This document shows, in pieces, positions 48,850 to 60,989 of a stretch of DNA of 64,000 bases (its first letter is position 1; every line of letters begins with the position of its first letter). The notes below the pieces were generated by a model. It saw only the letters and a list, made by a program, of their open reading frames with translations, made no database searches and was not told the DNA's origin. The DNA is from Malacoraja senta (taxonomy: Eukaryota). The stretch covers positions 6,512,001 to 6,576,000 of the forward strand of contig CM075990.1 in assembly GCA_038087875.1 (NCBI GenBank). Reading direction: 5' to 3'. Both the position numbers and the translations under genes were made by a program.

Positions 48850-49397
48850 TGTAGGAAGGAACTGCAGAAACTGGCTTACACCGAAGATGGACACAAAATG
48901 CTGGAGCAACTCAATAGGTCAGAGAGCATCTGTGGAGAAAAGGAATGGGTGACGCTTCAGGTCGAGACCCTTCATCAGACTGCTTGAAGGGTCTCGACCC
49001 AAAGCATCACCTTTTCCTTTTCTCCACAGAAGCTGCCTGACCTGCTGGAGTTTAGAAGGATGTGGGGGGATCTTATAGAAACATATAAAATTATAAAAGG
49101 ACTGGACAAGCTAGATGCAGTTAAAATGTTCCCAATGTTGGGCGAGTCCAGAACCAGGGGCTACAGTCTTAGAATAAAGGGGAGGTCATTTAAGACTGAG
49201 GTGGGAAAAAACGTTTTCACCCAGAGAGTTGTAAATTTATGGAATTCCCTGCCACAGAGGGCAGTGGAGGCCAAGTCACTGGATGGATTTAAGAGAGAGT
49301 TAGATAGAGTTCTTGGGGCCATGATCACAATGAATGGCGGTGCTGGTTCGAAGGGCCGAATGGCCTCCTCCTGCACCTATTTTCTATGTTTCTATGT
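48850..49397. mobile_element. pLTR palindrome (48850-49045) followed by a plus-strand CR1 3' end
   Basis: GDLIETYKIIKGLDKLD..QRVVNLWNSLPQ; (TTTCTATG)n tail. Confidence 0.82.
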
Positions 49398-49399
49398 TA

Positions 49400-49602
49400 A
49401 GGGCCTGTCCCACTTGGCTGTCATTTGCGTGTAATTTACGCGACATCATTTACGCGTCACGATGCACGTGATGCGCGCATGGTGCGTGGTGACATAGGCA
49501 GTGACGCGCGGTCGCGCGCAGCTCCCCAGGATTTTGGTATGTACAAAATCTTCGCGCGCCATCTGGTTGACGCGCAAATGACTGCCAAGTGGGACAGGCC
49601 CA
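49400..49602. mobile_element. Harbinger-like MITE (~200 bp)
   Basis: TIR AGGGCCTGTCCCACTTGGCTGTCATTTGCG / CGCAAATGACTGCCAAGTGGGACAGGCCC; ACGCG-rich interior. Confidence 0.85.
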
Positions 49603-49799
49603 TTTACTCTAGTATTTTGTGTCTACCTAGGGCTTCAAGGGGAGGTGACTGGTGAGCTCATTCTGTGCTGCATCTTGGTGGAACCTGTCTATTGCTGAAG
49701 GTAGTCCTCAGGTTGACCAATGTGTACTCCTCACTATCAAGCTCAGCATTTACGATTGAGATTCTCCACTGACTGTGCCACACCACCACGTTCCCTGAA

Positions 49800-50212
49800 C
49801 CAAATGTCCTCCAAATTTCTGCCCACGTTAAGTCCCATTCTACCATTGTCCCAGTGCTCCCTGAACTGGCCCGTTAATCACACGATTTTCATAATCCTCA
49901 TTCTTACTACAAATTCCTTCATGGTTTTGGCCCTCTGCAGCCCCGAACCACCCGTTCTCCAACGCACTCCTCACGCACGTCCTTGAATTCATTGTTTCTT
50001 CTCTGGCAGCCACTGCTTCAGCTGCCATGGCCCTTAGCCCTGGAATTTCCTCCCCAAACTTCTCTGTCTCTCCCTACCCCTCTCCCCTTTTAGCAGGTTT
50101 GTTGAAATAGCTACGGCCAACTCTTGCTTTACATGGCCGAATGTCAAAGTAGTTTCTGTGAAACACCCTGGCAGATTTTGCTACACTTAAGGCACTATAG
50201 AAATGCAAACTA
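49800..50212 (+). mobile_element. Old L2 LINE 3' end
   Basis: Decayed PVL..WP...ILIL..HGLA...FSC.GP..WN.LP and tail TGTGAAACACCCTGG..AAGGCACTATAGAAATGCAA. Confidence 0.5.
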
Positions 50213-50831
50213 TAGACATTGTTTCAGAATCAGTGCCAATGGTAGAAGTCATGGAGTTGAATTGACAAATCTATGTCATGCTGTAGATAAAGGCACCAGT
50301 GGTGTTCATCAGGGACATAAACTAAATGAATGGAGACCAAATGGAGAGATCGGGTAGAATTACATAATACCAATCGCAATGGCCAGAACTGTTGCTAATT
50401 CCAAAAAGCTGTCATTGCCTGCAGGGGAACAATTTTTCAATAAATATCTGCTTAACTTATAACAATATATTACTATTGCAAAGACATATTTTCTATAAAC
50501 CTCACACTCACGCTCTCGTGATAGAATTGAAAGCATGCACCTATTGGAATTTTTAACATACCAGTGTCTGCTTTGAGACTTGGCTTTGCTTTTTGCCAAA
50601 ACAATTGTGGCTTCGGGCTCTAATGCGGCAAAGCTTCACGGACCTTTGTGCTTATCCGTGCCCGCTGATACTTTTTTGCAACCCAGCAAATTGTCGGATA
50701 ACTAGTCCAATGATCGCGCCGCTTCTGTGTAAACCCATCAGCTCCAGCCCTGGAGAGAGACACAAAATGCTGGAGTAACTCAGTGGGACAGGCAGCATCT
50801 CTGGAGAGAAGGAACGGGTGACGTTTCGACC

Positions 50832-52734
50832 CGAAATGTCACCCATTCGTTCTCTCCAGAGCTGCTGCCTGTCCCGCTGGGCTACTACAGCATTTTGTGT
50901 CTATCCGATTTAAACCAGCATCTGCAGTTCCTTCCAACAGAGCGAGATGTCTGTCGGCGACTGGCCCACTGCAGACTGCAGGAGTACGTGCTGAGGGACG
51001 CACTGAAGCTCGGTGCAGACAACGCCAAGGCTCTGTGGGGGAGCACCACTGTCTAGGGTCCTTCCATTGCTGGACATGGGAGGGGGGGCAGGTATGGTGG
51101 AGACGCCCCTCCAACAAGGGAAGGGATAGAAACTCTACCACTGGGCTACTGTGCCCTCTGGCACTATACTCTCTCACTAATGGAAACATCCTCCCCACAT
51201 CCACTCTGACCAGGCCTTTCATTGTTCGGTATATTTTAATGAGGTACCCCTTCATCCTTCTAAACTCTAGCGAGTACAGGCCCAAAGCATTCAAATGCTC
51301 ATCACACATTAACCCAATCATCCCCAGGATCATTCTCATAAACCTCCTGTGGAACCCTCTACAATGCCAGCATACTCATCCTCAGATATTGGGCCCCAAG
51401 CTGTCCTGCTGCCTGTCCCTACAAAGCCCCAGTCCTGGACTATCCAACCGCACTGATGAACATTGGTGTTAAAATTCCAGGAGCTAATTTTACAAAGAAC
51501 ACACGACAGAAAGTCTAAACCTTTTCCACCGAGAGAAATATCAGTGCAAGCAATTTGATTAAAAGGAATACTGATATTTTAGCCTTGGCAATTAAGAATG
51601 CTTTATTTATTGTATCAAGCTGAGTGCATTTTAGAAGGAGCTTTTTCCCCACTGTTATCAGACAACTGAACTGTCCTCCCATAAGCTAGGATGACATTGC
51701 GATCTTCCAACCAACCTCATTATGGACCTTGCACTTTAAAAAAAATCAATCTGCACTTTCTCAGTAACTGTAGCATGGTGATGCTGTATTACTATATTTT
51801 ACACTCTGGCATCTTTCTCTTTATACTACCCATTGTACTTGTGTATGGTTTGAGTATATTCACGTGTAGGACGATTGAATAGCACAGAAACAAAAGCTTT
51901 CATTGTATCTCGGTACACATGACAATTATAAAGCAAAAAACAATACACTTTAAGAAAACACAGTGATATATTCCGTAGTAATTGTTGATAAAAGTGAAGT
52001 CAAGTGAAAAAAATGGAGCTTCTGAAGTGATTTGTTAAACAGTGACCAGTGAAATGTTTTTAGCATTTTAGCATTCACTTTGAAACGATGAGAATATAAA
52101 AGCAGGGATGTAATGCTGAGGCTTTATAGGTCACTGGTCAGACTGCAGTTCGAGTATTGTCAGCTTGGGGCCCAATATCTGAGGATGAGTATGCTGGCAT
52201 TGTAGAGGGTTCCACAGGAGGTTTATGAGAATGATCCTGGGGATGATTGGGTTAATGTGTGATGAGCATTTGAATGCTTTGGGCCTGTACTCGCTAGAGT
52301 TTAGAAGGATGAAGGGTACCTCATTAAAATATACCGAACAATGAAAGGCCTGGTCAGAGTGGATGTGGGGAGTATGTTTCCATTAGTGAGAGAGTCTAGT
52401 GCCAGAGGGCACAGTGGCCCAGAGGTAGAGTTTCTATCCCTTCCCTTGTTTGGAGGGGCGTCTCCACCATAACCTGTCCCCCCTCCCATGTCCAGCAATG
52501 GGAGGACCCTAGACAGTGGTCCTCCTCCACAGAGCCTTGGCGTTGTCGGCACCGAGCTTCAGTGCGTCCCTCAGCACGTACTCCTGCAGTCTGCAGTGGG
52601 CCAGTCGCCGGACAGAAATCTCGCTCTGTTGGAAGGAACTGCAGATGCTGGTTTAAATCGGATAGACACAAAATGCTGGAGCAGCTCAGCGGGACAGGCA
52701 GCAGCTCTGGAGAGAAGGAATGGGTGGCGTTTCG
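50832..52734. repeat. Inverted duplication: arms 50832-51403 and 52161-52734, ~757-bp spacer
   Basis: Arms are reverse complements at roughly 95% identity across a pLTR + Tx1 tail + CR1 chimera. Confidence 0.92.
50958..51056 (+). mobile_element. Tx1/L1-clade ORF2 C-terminus (mirror copy on minus at ~52510-52608)
   Basis: RLAHCRLQEYVLRDALKLGADNAKALWGSTTV*, resembling recalled chondrichthyan Tx1-like ends. Confidence 0.55.
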
Positions 52735-54294
52735 TGTTGAGACCCTTCTTCAGACTCTCGCTCTGCTGGGAAACTCATAGGTTTAGAATTGTACAGCACA
52801 CGTGGGCTCTACCGGCCACCTCATCCATGCCATCATGATGCCTATCAATGCTAATCTCAAGTTGCCCGCAATAGGCCCATATCCCTCCACTCCATTTATT
52901 GCTGAACTACTATCTACTTCTTTGGTGACCCTCGGACTATCCTTGACCGGACGTTGCACTAAACGTAATCCGCTTACCATGTAAATGCCTCGATTGTAAT
53001 CATGTATTGTCTTTCTGCTGACTGGATAGCACGCAACAAAAAGCTTTTCACTGTACCTCGGTAAACTAACTAAACGAAGCATTTGTGTCCAAGTACCCTT
53101 TGAAATGCTTTTCAAACATTGTCATTGTTCCTGCCTCTACGACTTCCTCTGGTAGCTCCATGTGCCCACCACCCTCTGTATAAGAATAACTTGCTGCTTA
53201 AATCTCCTTTTGTGTTTGAAAAAGCCAGTCTGCGCTTGGTCTCGCCGACATATAGGAGTCCACACTGTGAACGACGGATACAGTAGATGAGGTTGGATGA
53301 GGTGTCCATCTGCCTTGTTAATTATCTGTAATTCCTGGCATTTGGTGTGGTGGGCTGAGGGGTAATTATAAGCTGTAGATGAGGTCCCTGGAAGGCGAGA
53401 GGGGGTGGTAGAAGGGTGCAAGACATGTCGTACTGGGACATATAGTTAGGGATCGTACCGACCCAGCACCTGAGTTTAGGTAACACAGCCCCTTCCTGAG
53501 CTACAGTATGGCTGCTCTGTATTATACACTCCCAGAGAGCACACAGACTCAGTAACCAGGTCAATGGGGAGTTGTAAACACTCTCGTCCTAAACAGAGGT
53601 TGAAAAAAAAAATCTAGTTTTATGCTGCATTCAAACCCAAGCCTCCCCCCCGAAAATAAAACCACACTTAGGTATCATGATAAATGATTCAAACCATATG
53701 TGACAGATTGGCACACGCCAGCTAGCTGTAAAGCAATAACTTCCATACAGCCTCCTTAGCAAGTCATGACAATCTGCTGACAACAACATTATAATTCACA
53801 AGTTATTTCAATGTGGTACACCTCACTCCATCCAACACAAAAATGTGTTTTCCTTTCAGATTCCAGGCAGCAGATTTTTTTTCTTGATTTTTTTTTGAAT
53901 ATAAAATATATTTTGAACGGTCAGTTCCTATGGTGACAGGGGCAATATTTCTGGAGATCTCAGCGCGTATGCTGAAACATGGGCTGTTGTAACATACTGA
54001 TTACATTACAGGAGAGGTGATCAGGGGATTGAACTCAATTGAAATTCAGTATAAAAATGTGCTAGTCGAGGCGTTGAAAAAATTGACCATGTCACTTTTG
54101 GATGTTATCGGCTCGCTAAAGACAATAATGAAACCCTCCGTTCACTTCCAGCCACACGTTGACCCTCCCCTGATCTGACTGCCCTTTGGCCTCGTAAGTC
54201 AGTCGGCTTCTGGCTTCAAGAAGCCGACAGCATCAGCGACAACAACAGGCGAGAAACGAGACACTCCAAATGCAGGACGCATGGAGCCCTGATG

Positions 54295-54385
54295 AAAGAA
54301 GGGTCTCGACCCGAAACATCACCCATTCCTTCTCGACAGAGATGCTGCCTGTCCCGCTGAGTTACTCCAGCTTTTTGTGTCTATC
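54295..54385 (+). mobile_element. Penelope-like pLTR
   Basis: GAAGGGTCTCGACCCGAAACATCACCC...; GAGCCCTGA on both sides. Confidence 0.78.
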
Positions 54386-54475
54386 TTGAGCCCTGAAAGT
54401 TGATTAACTTAAATCAGTCTGTCTGTCTCTCCCCACAGAGGCTGCCTGACATGTCAGTTACTTTCAGCATTTCCT

Positions 54476-54787
54476 GTTTAGTTTAGTTCAGTTTAGTTTA
54501 GAGATACAGTGCAGAAACAGGCCCTTCGGCCCACCCACTCCGCTCCTATCAGCGATCCCCACACATTAACACTATCCTACACACGCTAAGGACAATTTAT
54601 TGTAATAGAAAGCCAATTAACCTACAAACCTGTACGTCTTTGGAGTGTGGGGGGAAACCGAATATCTTGGAGAAAACCCACACGGTCACGGGGAGAACGT
54701 ACAAACTCTGTACAGACAGCACCCATAGGCGGGATCGAACCTGGGTCTCTGGCGCTGTAAGACAGCAACTCTACCGCTGCGCCACCG
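54476..54787 (-). mobile_element. HE1-like V-SINE
   Basis: Full structure. Confidence 0.88.
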
Positions 54788-56195
54788 ATATTATAACATG
54801 TATTCACACAGAATATAGAACAGGACAGCGTAGGAAGGGGCCCTTCAGCCCACAATGTTTGTGCCGAACATGATGCCAAACGGATCTCATTTGCATGTAC
54901 ATGAGTCGAGAACGAAGGGGGGGACCTGGTAGGGGACTGTCCGCTGTCATGTCTGGCGGGAGGCAGAAGATAGGACAGTTCGGTGAACTTCTATAACTTT
55001 GACAACACCAGAAACGTGGCGACTCTTGTGTACTGTCCAGGTGACGTCTGCTGTATGATTTTAACAGGTTGTTTGCTAAACAAAGCATTTCACTGTACCT
55101 ACTGTCGGTACATGTGACAATAAAGTATAACTGAATCGTTGAACGAACCATTCCTTCCAATTCCGTGTGCCTATGTGAAAGCCTCTTAAACACCGCTATC
55201 ATATTATGGAGAAACAAGGAACTGCAGATGCTGGAGTCTTGAGCAAAACACAATATTTCAAGTCGGGGCCTTCTAGGATTTGAATTTAAACTTGTATTTA
55301 TATTGTGCCCTTAATATGGTAAAGTAATGAATGCTCTTTGCAGGAGCATTCCCAATCAAGTTTGACACTGAGCAACATAACAGGGTATGAGGGCTGGTGA
55401 ACCATAGCAATTTTACTAACGTTGATTTTACTGTCTTTTTCTTTATTTTGTCGTTTCTCTCCATTCAATAGGACTTGTTTCAAGAAGCCTGAGGCAATGT
55501 CGATCCGATCCAAAACCTGCTCCAGAGATGCTGCCTGGCTCGCTGGGTTACTCCAGCACTTTGTGTCCTTTTGTGTAAGCCAGCATCTGCAGTTCTTAGT
55601 TTCTGCTTCTAGTCTTTGCAAGTCAAGAGTGTTTGATTGTCATATATAACAAAGGAACAATTAAATTCTCACTTGCAGCAGCATAACTGGCCCATAAACA
55701 CAATATACACAGATAATATATAACCCCAAACAAAAATCAATAAACTAATAGCTGCTAAACTAACAATACAAAACTAAAACAATGAGTAAAGCCCTTTTAT
55801 TGAGTATTATTTTGTCTTAGTTCTTCAGACCTCCGTAGCAGAAGGGTGTGGTTTAATAAGTTCAAACTAAATTTTTTATTTCTCCTTGAATGTTTTGAAA
55901 TGCTATCTTTATTCAACAGCTTCCACTCATTTACAATGTTCCATCCATTAAAAGATTTGCCCAAATCACTGCGTGTGGAACCAGGAACAAACAACAAATA
56001 TCGTAGCTGTTTCACAACGCTCCCTCAGAAACACTAAGCATTGAACACTGCGCACTGGACATTTTAAACTTGACAAAAGTATTTTAATGACTGTCCTAAT
56101 TCCTAACAGATTGTCAAAATAGGATAGCTATTAATATTCACACATTGTTAAAATTGCAAACTGCATCCCCACATGATTATGTGGACAGATTTAAA

Positions 56196-56215
56196 ATGGC
56201 TGCCCCCTGGTGGGA
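56196..56215 (-). promoter_or_regulatory. Candidate CTCF site
   Basis: Minus strand CCACCAGGGGGCAGC matches the CTCF core consensus; lies in ~900 bp without recognisable repeats. Confidence 0.5.
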
Positions 56216-56636
56216 TATATTGATGGATACAACGTTACAGGAAAATACCCTGCATAGGCTCAGGACATTCACTGCCTTTTGGCCATGAGTGAGTTTGCAC
56301 CTATGCTATAAGAAAGTTAAAATTCTTTAGCCATAAGCTTGCCCTAATCTTTACATTTCACATCTCACGACCTCACAACTAAAATTTCCTCTACCGTCTT
56401 GAACTATTTTCTACTTCTTAATTCTTAACACAAACTATTTTCTACTTCTTAGTGAAGTCTTAATTTGCTGTTTGTTGTACCCTCTTATATAACCAACATG
56501 ATTTCATCCTTAATTGTTAAGGCCATTTTCCCCCTCTATGTCTTTGCCTAGTTTTCCAATGTAAAATCTGATATGTTTTGCAATGTATTGTTATATCTTG
56601 TATCGAAAGGCAATGTTATAAAAGGGCAGCAAAAGG

Positions 56637-56796
56637 GGGCTGCACGTTGGCGCAGCGGTGGAGTTGCTGCCTTACAGCACTTTCAGCGCCAGAGACCCGG
56701 GTTCGATCCTGACTACGGGTTGTGTCTGTATGGAGTTTGTCCGTTCTCCCCGTGACCGCGTGGGTTTTCTCTCGAGATCTTCGGTTTCCTCCCACA
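56637..56796 (+). mobile_element. HE1-like V-SINE 5' half
   Basis: Head and start of V-domain. Confidence 0.8.
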
Positions 56797-57239
56797 AGTC
56801 CCTGCCTCAACTACCTCCTCTGGCAGCTTGTTCCGTACACCCACCACCCCATTGAGTTACCTGCAGCAGAATGCTGCTGACGGGCACACTCCAAGGTGCA
56901 GGATTAAGTGCTGATGGATCGACTAATGCCTGCTGCAGCAAATGCAATGAGTCTTTGGCCAAGGGACAGAGTCTAGGGTCTCACTTGGCACTGAAGGGAC
57001 GAATCCTGTGTAATAAATCTCCAACGTTTCGTTGATGTATTATTTGCAACCGACCAATTGATGACGTTGAAATGCCAAATGAAATGAATGAATGTTGTGG
57101 CTTGCTGCGTATAACTGCACAGTTTATGAATAAAGTATATTTTTGGAGAAAGAGCTTGGGTAGAGAAGTGAAGTTAAGGGAGAAACAAAAAAGAGAGACA
57201 GATGGCATGTGAGAAAGAGAGACTGCAAAGGAAAGAGAA

Positions 57240-57525
57240 GTTTAGTTTAGAGAAACAGCGCGGAAACAGGCCCTTCGGCCCACTGAGACTGCGATCTTCA
57301 CTCACTAACACTATCCTACACATGCGAGGGACAATTTACAATTTTACCAAAGCCAATTAGCCTACAAACCTGTACGTCCTTGGAGTATGGGGTGAAACCG
57401 GAGCACCCGGAGAGAACTCGCGCAGGTCACAGGGAGAACATACAAACTCCGTACAGACAAGCACCCGTAGTCAGGATCGAACCTGGGTCTCTGGTGTTGT
57501 AAGGCAGCAGTTCTAGCTCTGCGCC
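57240..57525 (-). mobile_element. HE1-like V-SINE
   Basis: Near-full structure. Confidence 0.86.
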
Positions 57526-58261
57526 AAGTAAGAATAGGCTAAGCTCCCCGGAGGAAGCTGAGGCTTGTTGGACAAGGGGAGGTATAGGAGGGTGTGAAGC
57601 CAGCCAAGAACAGAATCAGGTCTTACCGCAGAGGTCAGTGTTGAATGTCTCACCGACACTCACTGCCTGTGTTCACACGTGAGCCACTGCTGTCCGTCCA
57701 AGCATGACTAAACACGTCAGCACCTCCAGGGCGGGAGAGGACGGGTTGATGGATGCAAACTTCCAGGGAGCGTGCCCACTGTGTTCCTATGGGCATCGGC
57801 AAGGGCCTGCGCCAAATACTCCTGGAGAATGAAGGTATGACCTCCTTATGCTCATCCGTCATGACTCTGACAGCATTGTTTCCTGCTGCTGCCAGTGAAA
57901 GTTCGCACTGTGCTGACAGCCAATTTAATTTGTGTTCCCTGCCGACCTGTGCATGTTAGGCTGACTTTCCATACAGAACCGATAACACTGTGAATGGACA
58001 GACTGAACCACTATACAAATATAAAGTGTGCCCTGCGCTGTCTTTTGTTACTTGTATATGTTTCTATTAAAAAAATGAACTTTGTATTTTAAATTTAAAA
58101 AATAGACTGACTTTCCTCATGTTGAAAATGAACACTTCCCAGGAATAGAAGCAACTAACAAAAATACAAAGCCCTTCCACTGACATCTAGATGATTGCTT
58201 GGAGACACAAGGAATTGCAGATGCTGGAATCTTAAACAGAACACAAAGTGCTGGAGTAACA

Positions 58262-58540
58262 GTGGTGCAGTGGTAGAGTTGCTGCCTTACAGTGCCAGAG
58301 ACCCGGGTTCGATCCTGACTACGGGTGATGTACGGAGTTTGTACGTTCTCACCGTGACCTGCGTGGGGTTTTCTCCAGGGTCTCCAGTTACAGGTTAGTA
58401 GGCTAATTGGATTGGTATAAATGTAAATTGTCCCTAGTGTGTGTAGGATAGTGTTACTGTGTGGGGATCGCTGGTCGGTGTGGACTCAGTGGCCGAAGGG
58501 CCAGTTTCCATGCTGTATCTCTAAACTAAGCTAAGTAAAC
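58262..58540 (+). mobile_element. HE1-like V-SINE inserted in a pLTR
   Basis: pLTR ...CTGGAGTAAC stops at 58260 and resumes CTCAG..GGCAG at ~58540. Confidence 0.82.
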
Positions 58541-58604
58541 TCAGTGAGTCTGGCAGAATCTGTGGGGAGAATTGATAGGTGATGTTTTGACCTGGGGACG
58601 TTTA

Positions 58605-58820
58605 AGAAAGAACTGCAGATGCTGGAGAAATCGAAGGTAGACAAAAATGCTGGAGAGATTCAGCAGGTGAGGCAGCATCTATGGAGCGAAGGAATAGGTG
58701 ACGTTTCGGGTCGAAACCCTTCTTCAGTCTGAAGAAGGGTCTTGACCCAAAACGTCACTATGCCTTCGCTCCATAGATGCTGCCTCACCCGCTGAGTTTC
58801 TCCAGCATTTTGTCTACTTT
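58605..58820. mobile_element. Palindromic pLTR pair with two opposite hammerhead-like cores
   Basis: GACGTTTCGGGTCGAAACCCTTCTTCAG-T-CTGAAGAAGGGTCTTGACCCAAAACGTC; TTTTGACCTGGGG/A flanks both sides. Confidence 0.82.
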
Positions 58821-59201
58821 TGACCTGGGACCCTTCTTCGTTTGCTTGTTTACAGTAATTTGCAAACTAGCCTGATGAACATTCACTTAGATTCCATCTG
58901 CAGCAATGCCTGGAGAAATTTGCATTAAATGGAGGAAACACAGCTCTGGACTGGAAGGTTTTGCTCAGTAAAATGTGTGTGTGCAGGAAGAAGGCTGCGC
59001 GTTGATAATAAAGCTGTTGCTTTACTTAAGAAGGGTAGAGGAGATAATCCAGGGCATTATAGGCCAGTGAGCCTCACACCAGTGGCAGGGAAGCTATTGG
59101 AGAGGGTTCTTCGGGATAGGATTTACTCTCATTTTTCAGTGAATGGATTAATTTGGGACAGTCAGCATGGCTTTCTACACAGCAGGTTTGTGTCTTACTT
59201 A

Positions 59202-60842
59202 AGGGCCTGTCCACGGGCGGGCGATTTCATGCAGCAAGCGCGACCTCCCCGGAAGCGGGGGTCGCGCCGCTGCCGCGCGGGGGCCGAGTGATCACCGTAC
59301 GGCCTGTCCCACGGGCATGCGCTTCCATGCGGCGAGCGCGACCTTACCGGAAGCGGGGGGGGTGCGCGGAAGTCCAGTTCGAGCAAAGTCCGTTGGAAGC
59401 TCGAGCGGTTTTTATGTAGGTGAACACGGGTAGGTGATGTTTCGGGTTTTATGTAGGTGAACACGGGTAGGTGATGTTTCGAGTTGAGACCCTTCCTCAG
59501 ACCATAGAAGACTGCAGAAGACTTCAGTCCGAAGAAGGTGTCTCGACCTGAAATGTCACCTATTCCTTTTCTACAGAGATGCTGTCTAACCCGCTGAGTT
59601 ACTACAGCTTTTTGTGTCTCTAAGATTAATTCCAAAATAGCTGAGCAACTACTGAGTTCAAAGGCAAGAGGAAGAGGCTGGGTAGGCTGGGACTTATACA
59701 AGAGAGTGGTACTATCTTTCATCATCAACATCAATGAAGTTAACAAATTCAATGTACCAAATTAAGGAGTTTGGAGACCTATCAGGGTGCTTTCCAAAGC
59801 AAGTATGTGTCATGTTAGCCAAGGGAAAATAGTGTATAAAATCAGCAGAAACTCATGGAAATAAAATTACATCTGTGTAAGCTGGAGGAAACGTTGATAT
59901 TCCTTTTGGGGAAATTTAAAACATGAGAGTCCTGAATGCATTATCATTATAAATTAGAACGATCTGGACCAGTAAGCTTGAAGGTTTAAATGTGCAGTAG
60001 GTAATTATATATGGAGCCGAAATGAACAATTATAAACTGAAACATTTCGCCAACGCTATTGTGTACGTACGGATGAAAAGAGGCATTTAATTCCGTTTTC
60101 TACTTCTCCCTTCTTCATGATATATTTTTTTTTCAGCAAGTGAAACCTATTTACTCTTTAAAAACTGAAAGTAATGTTTTTACACACTTCATTCTTATGT
60201 GAGTCGTAAGTATGAATGAAGATTCAAAGCACCTTCCTGATCAAGCAACACAACAAATATCATTTGTAAAATTTGGATTGATTTGGTATTCACACTTTAC
60301 CACCAACATCATTTGACCAAATGAGGGGACAACATTTAAAATATTGTCTAATAAATATACTCTTGTGAGTAAGATGTATTTTAAACTGCAAATGGTTTAC
60401 CAAAGGTATCAAGGAATTATTCAAGCAGAATGTTATACTTGGATCCCAAAGCACATGTTTAATTAAATACATTAACTACTTTTCTTTAACCATGAATATT
60501 TGATGATGTTTTCACAATAACATATATCTGCTTCTCACTTCTTCGCTGTAAATGGGCATCTGCAGTTCCTTCCTTCACAACAATTCCAGAGTTGACGGAG
60601 ACGGTGCGCGCGGCGTCGAGGCGGTGCGCGCAGCCTCGATGCGGCAGCGGGGTGGCAGGCCGTTGCCGCACGCGAGTTTTGGACAGTGTCACTTTTTCAG
60701 AGCCCCCGCGCGGTGTCGGGACCAACTCCATACGGCTCCACGTGGGACCGACCCCGCGACCAACGCGCGGTACTCGGGCGGCCCCCGCTTCCTGCTAGGT
60801 CGCGCTTGCCGCATGAAATCGCCCGCCCGTGGGACAGGCCCT
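59202..60842. mobile_element. Harbinger-like TIR pair enclosing ~1.2 kb of unrelated DNA
   Basis: ~65-bp TIR AGGGCCTGTCC(C)ACGGGCGGGCGATTTCATGC; CR1 sequence is continuous outside both ends. Confidence 0.8.
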
Positions 60843-60989
60843 TAACTTCTTCAAGTTTTTTTGAGGAGACGACAAAGGCGATCGACGTGGGTGGGGGAAG
60901 TGGATGTTGTGCACATGGATTTTTAGTAAGGCATTTGAGAAAGTCTTCCCATGGCAGGCTGATCCAGAAGATGAAAATGCACGGAATTA

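Noticed and set aside
57600..58110. Possible terminal exon / 3' UTR (ATTAAA near 58066)
   Set aside because: No recognisable coding frame or acceptor; a polyadenylation hexamer alone is insufficient
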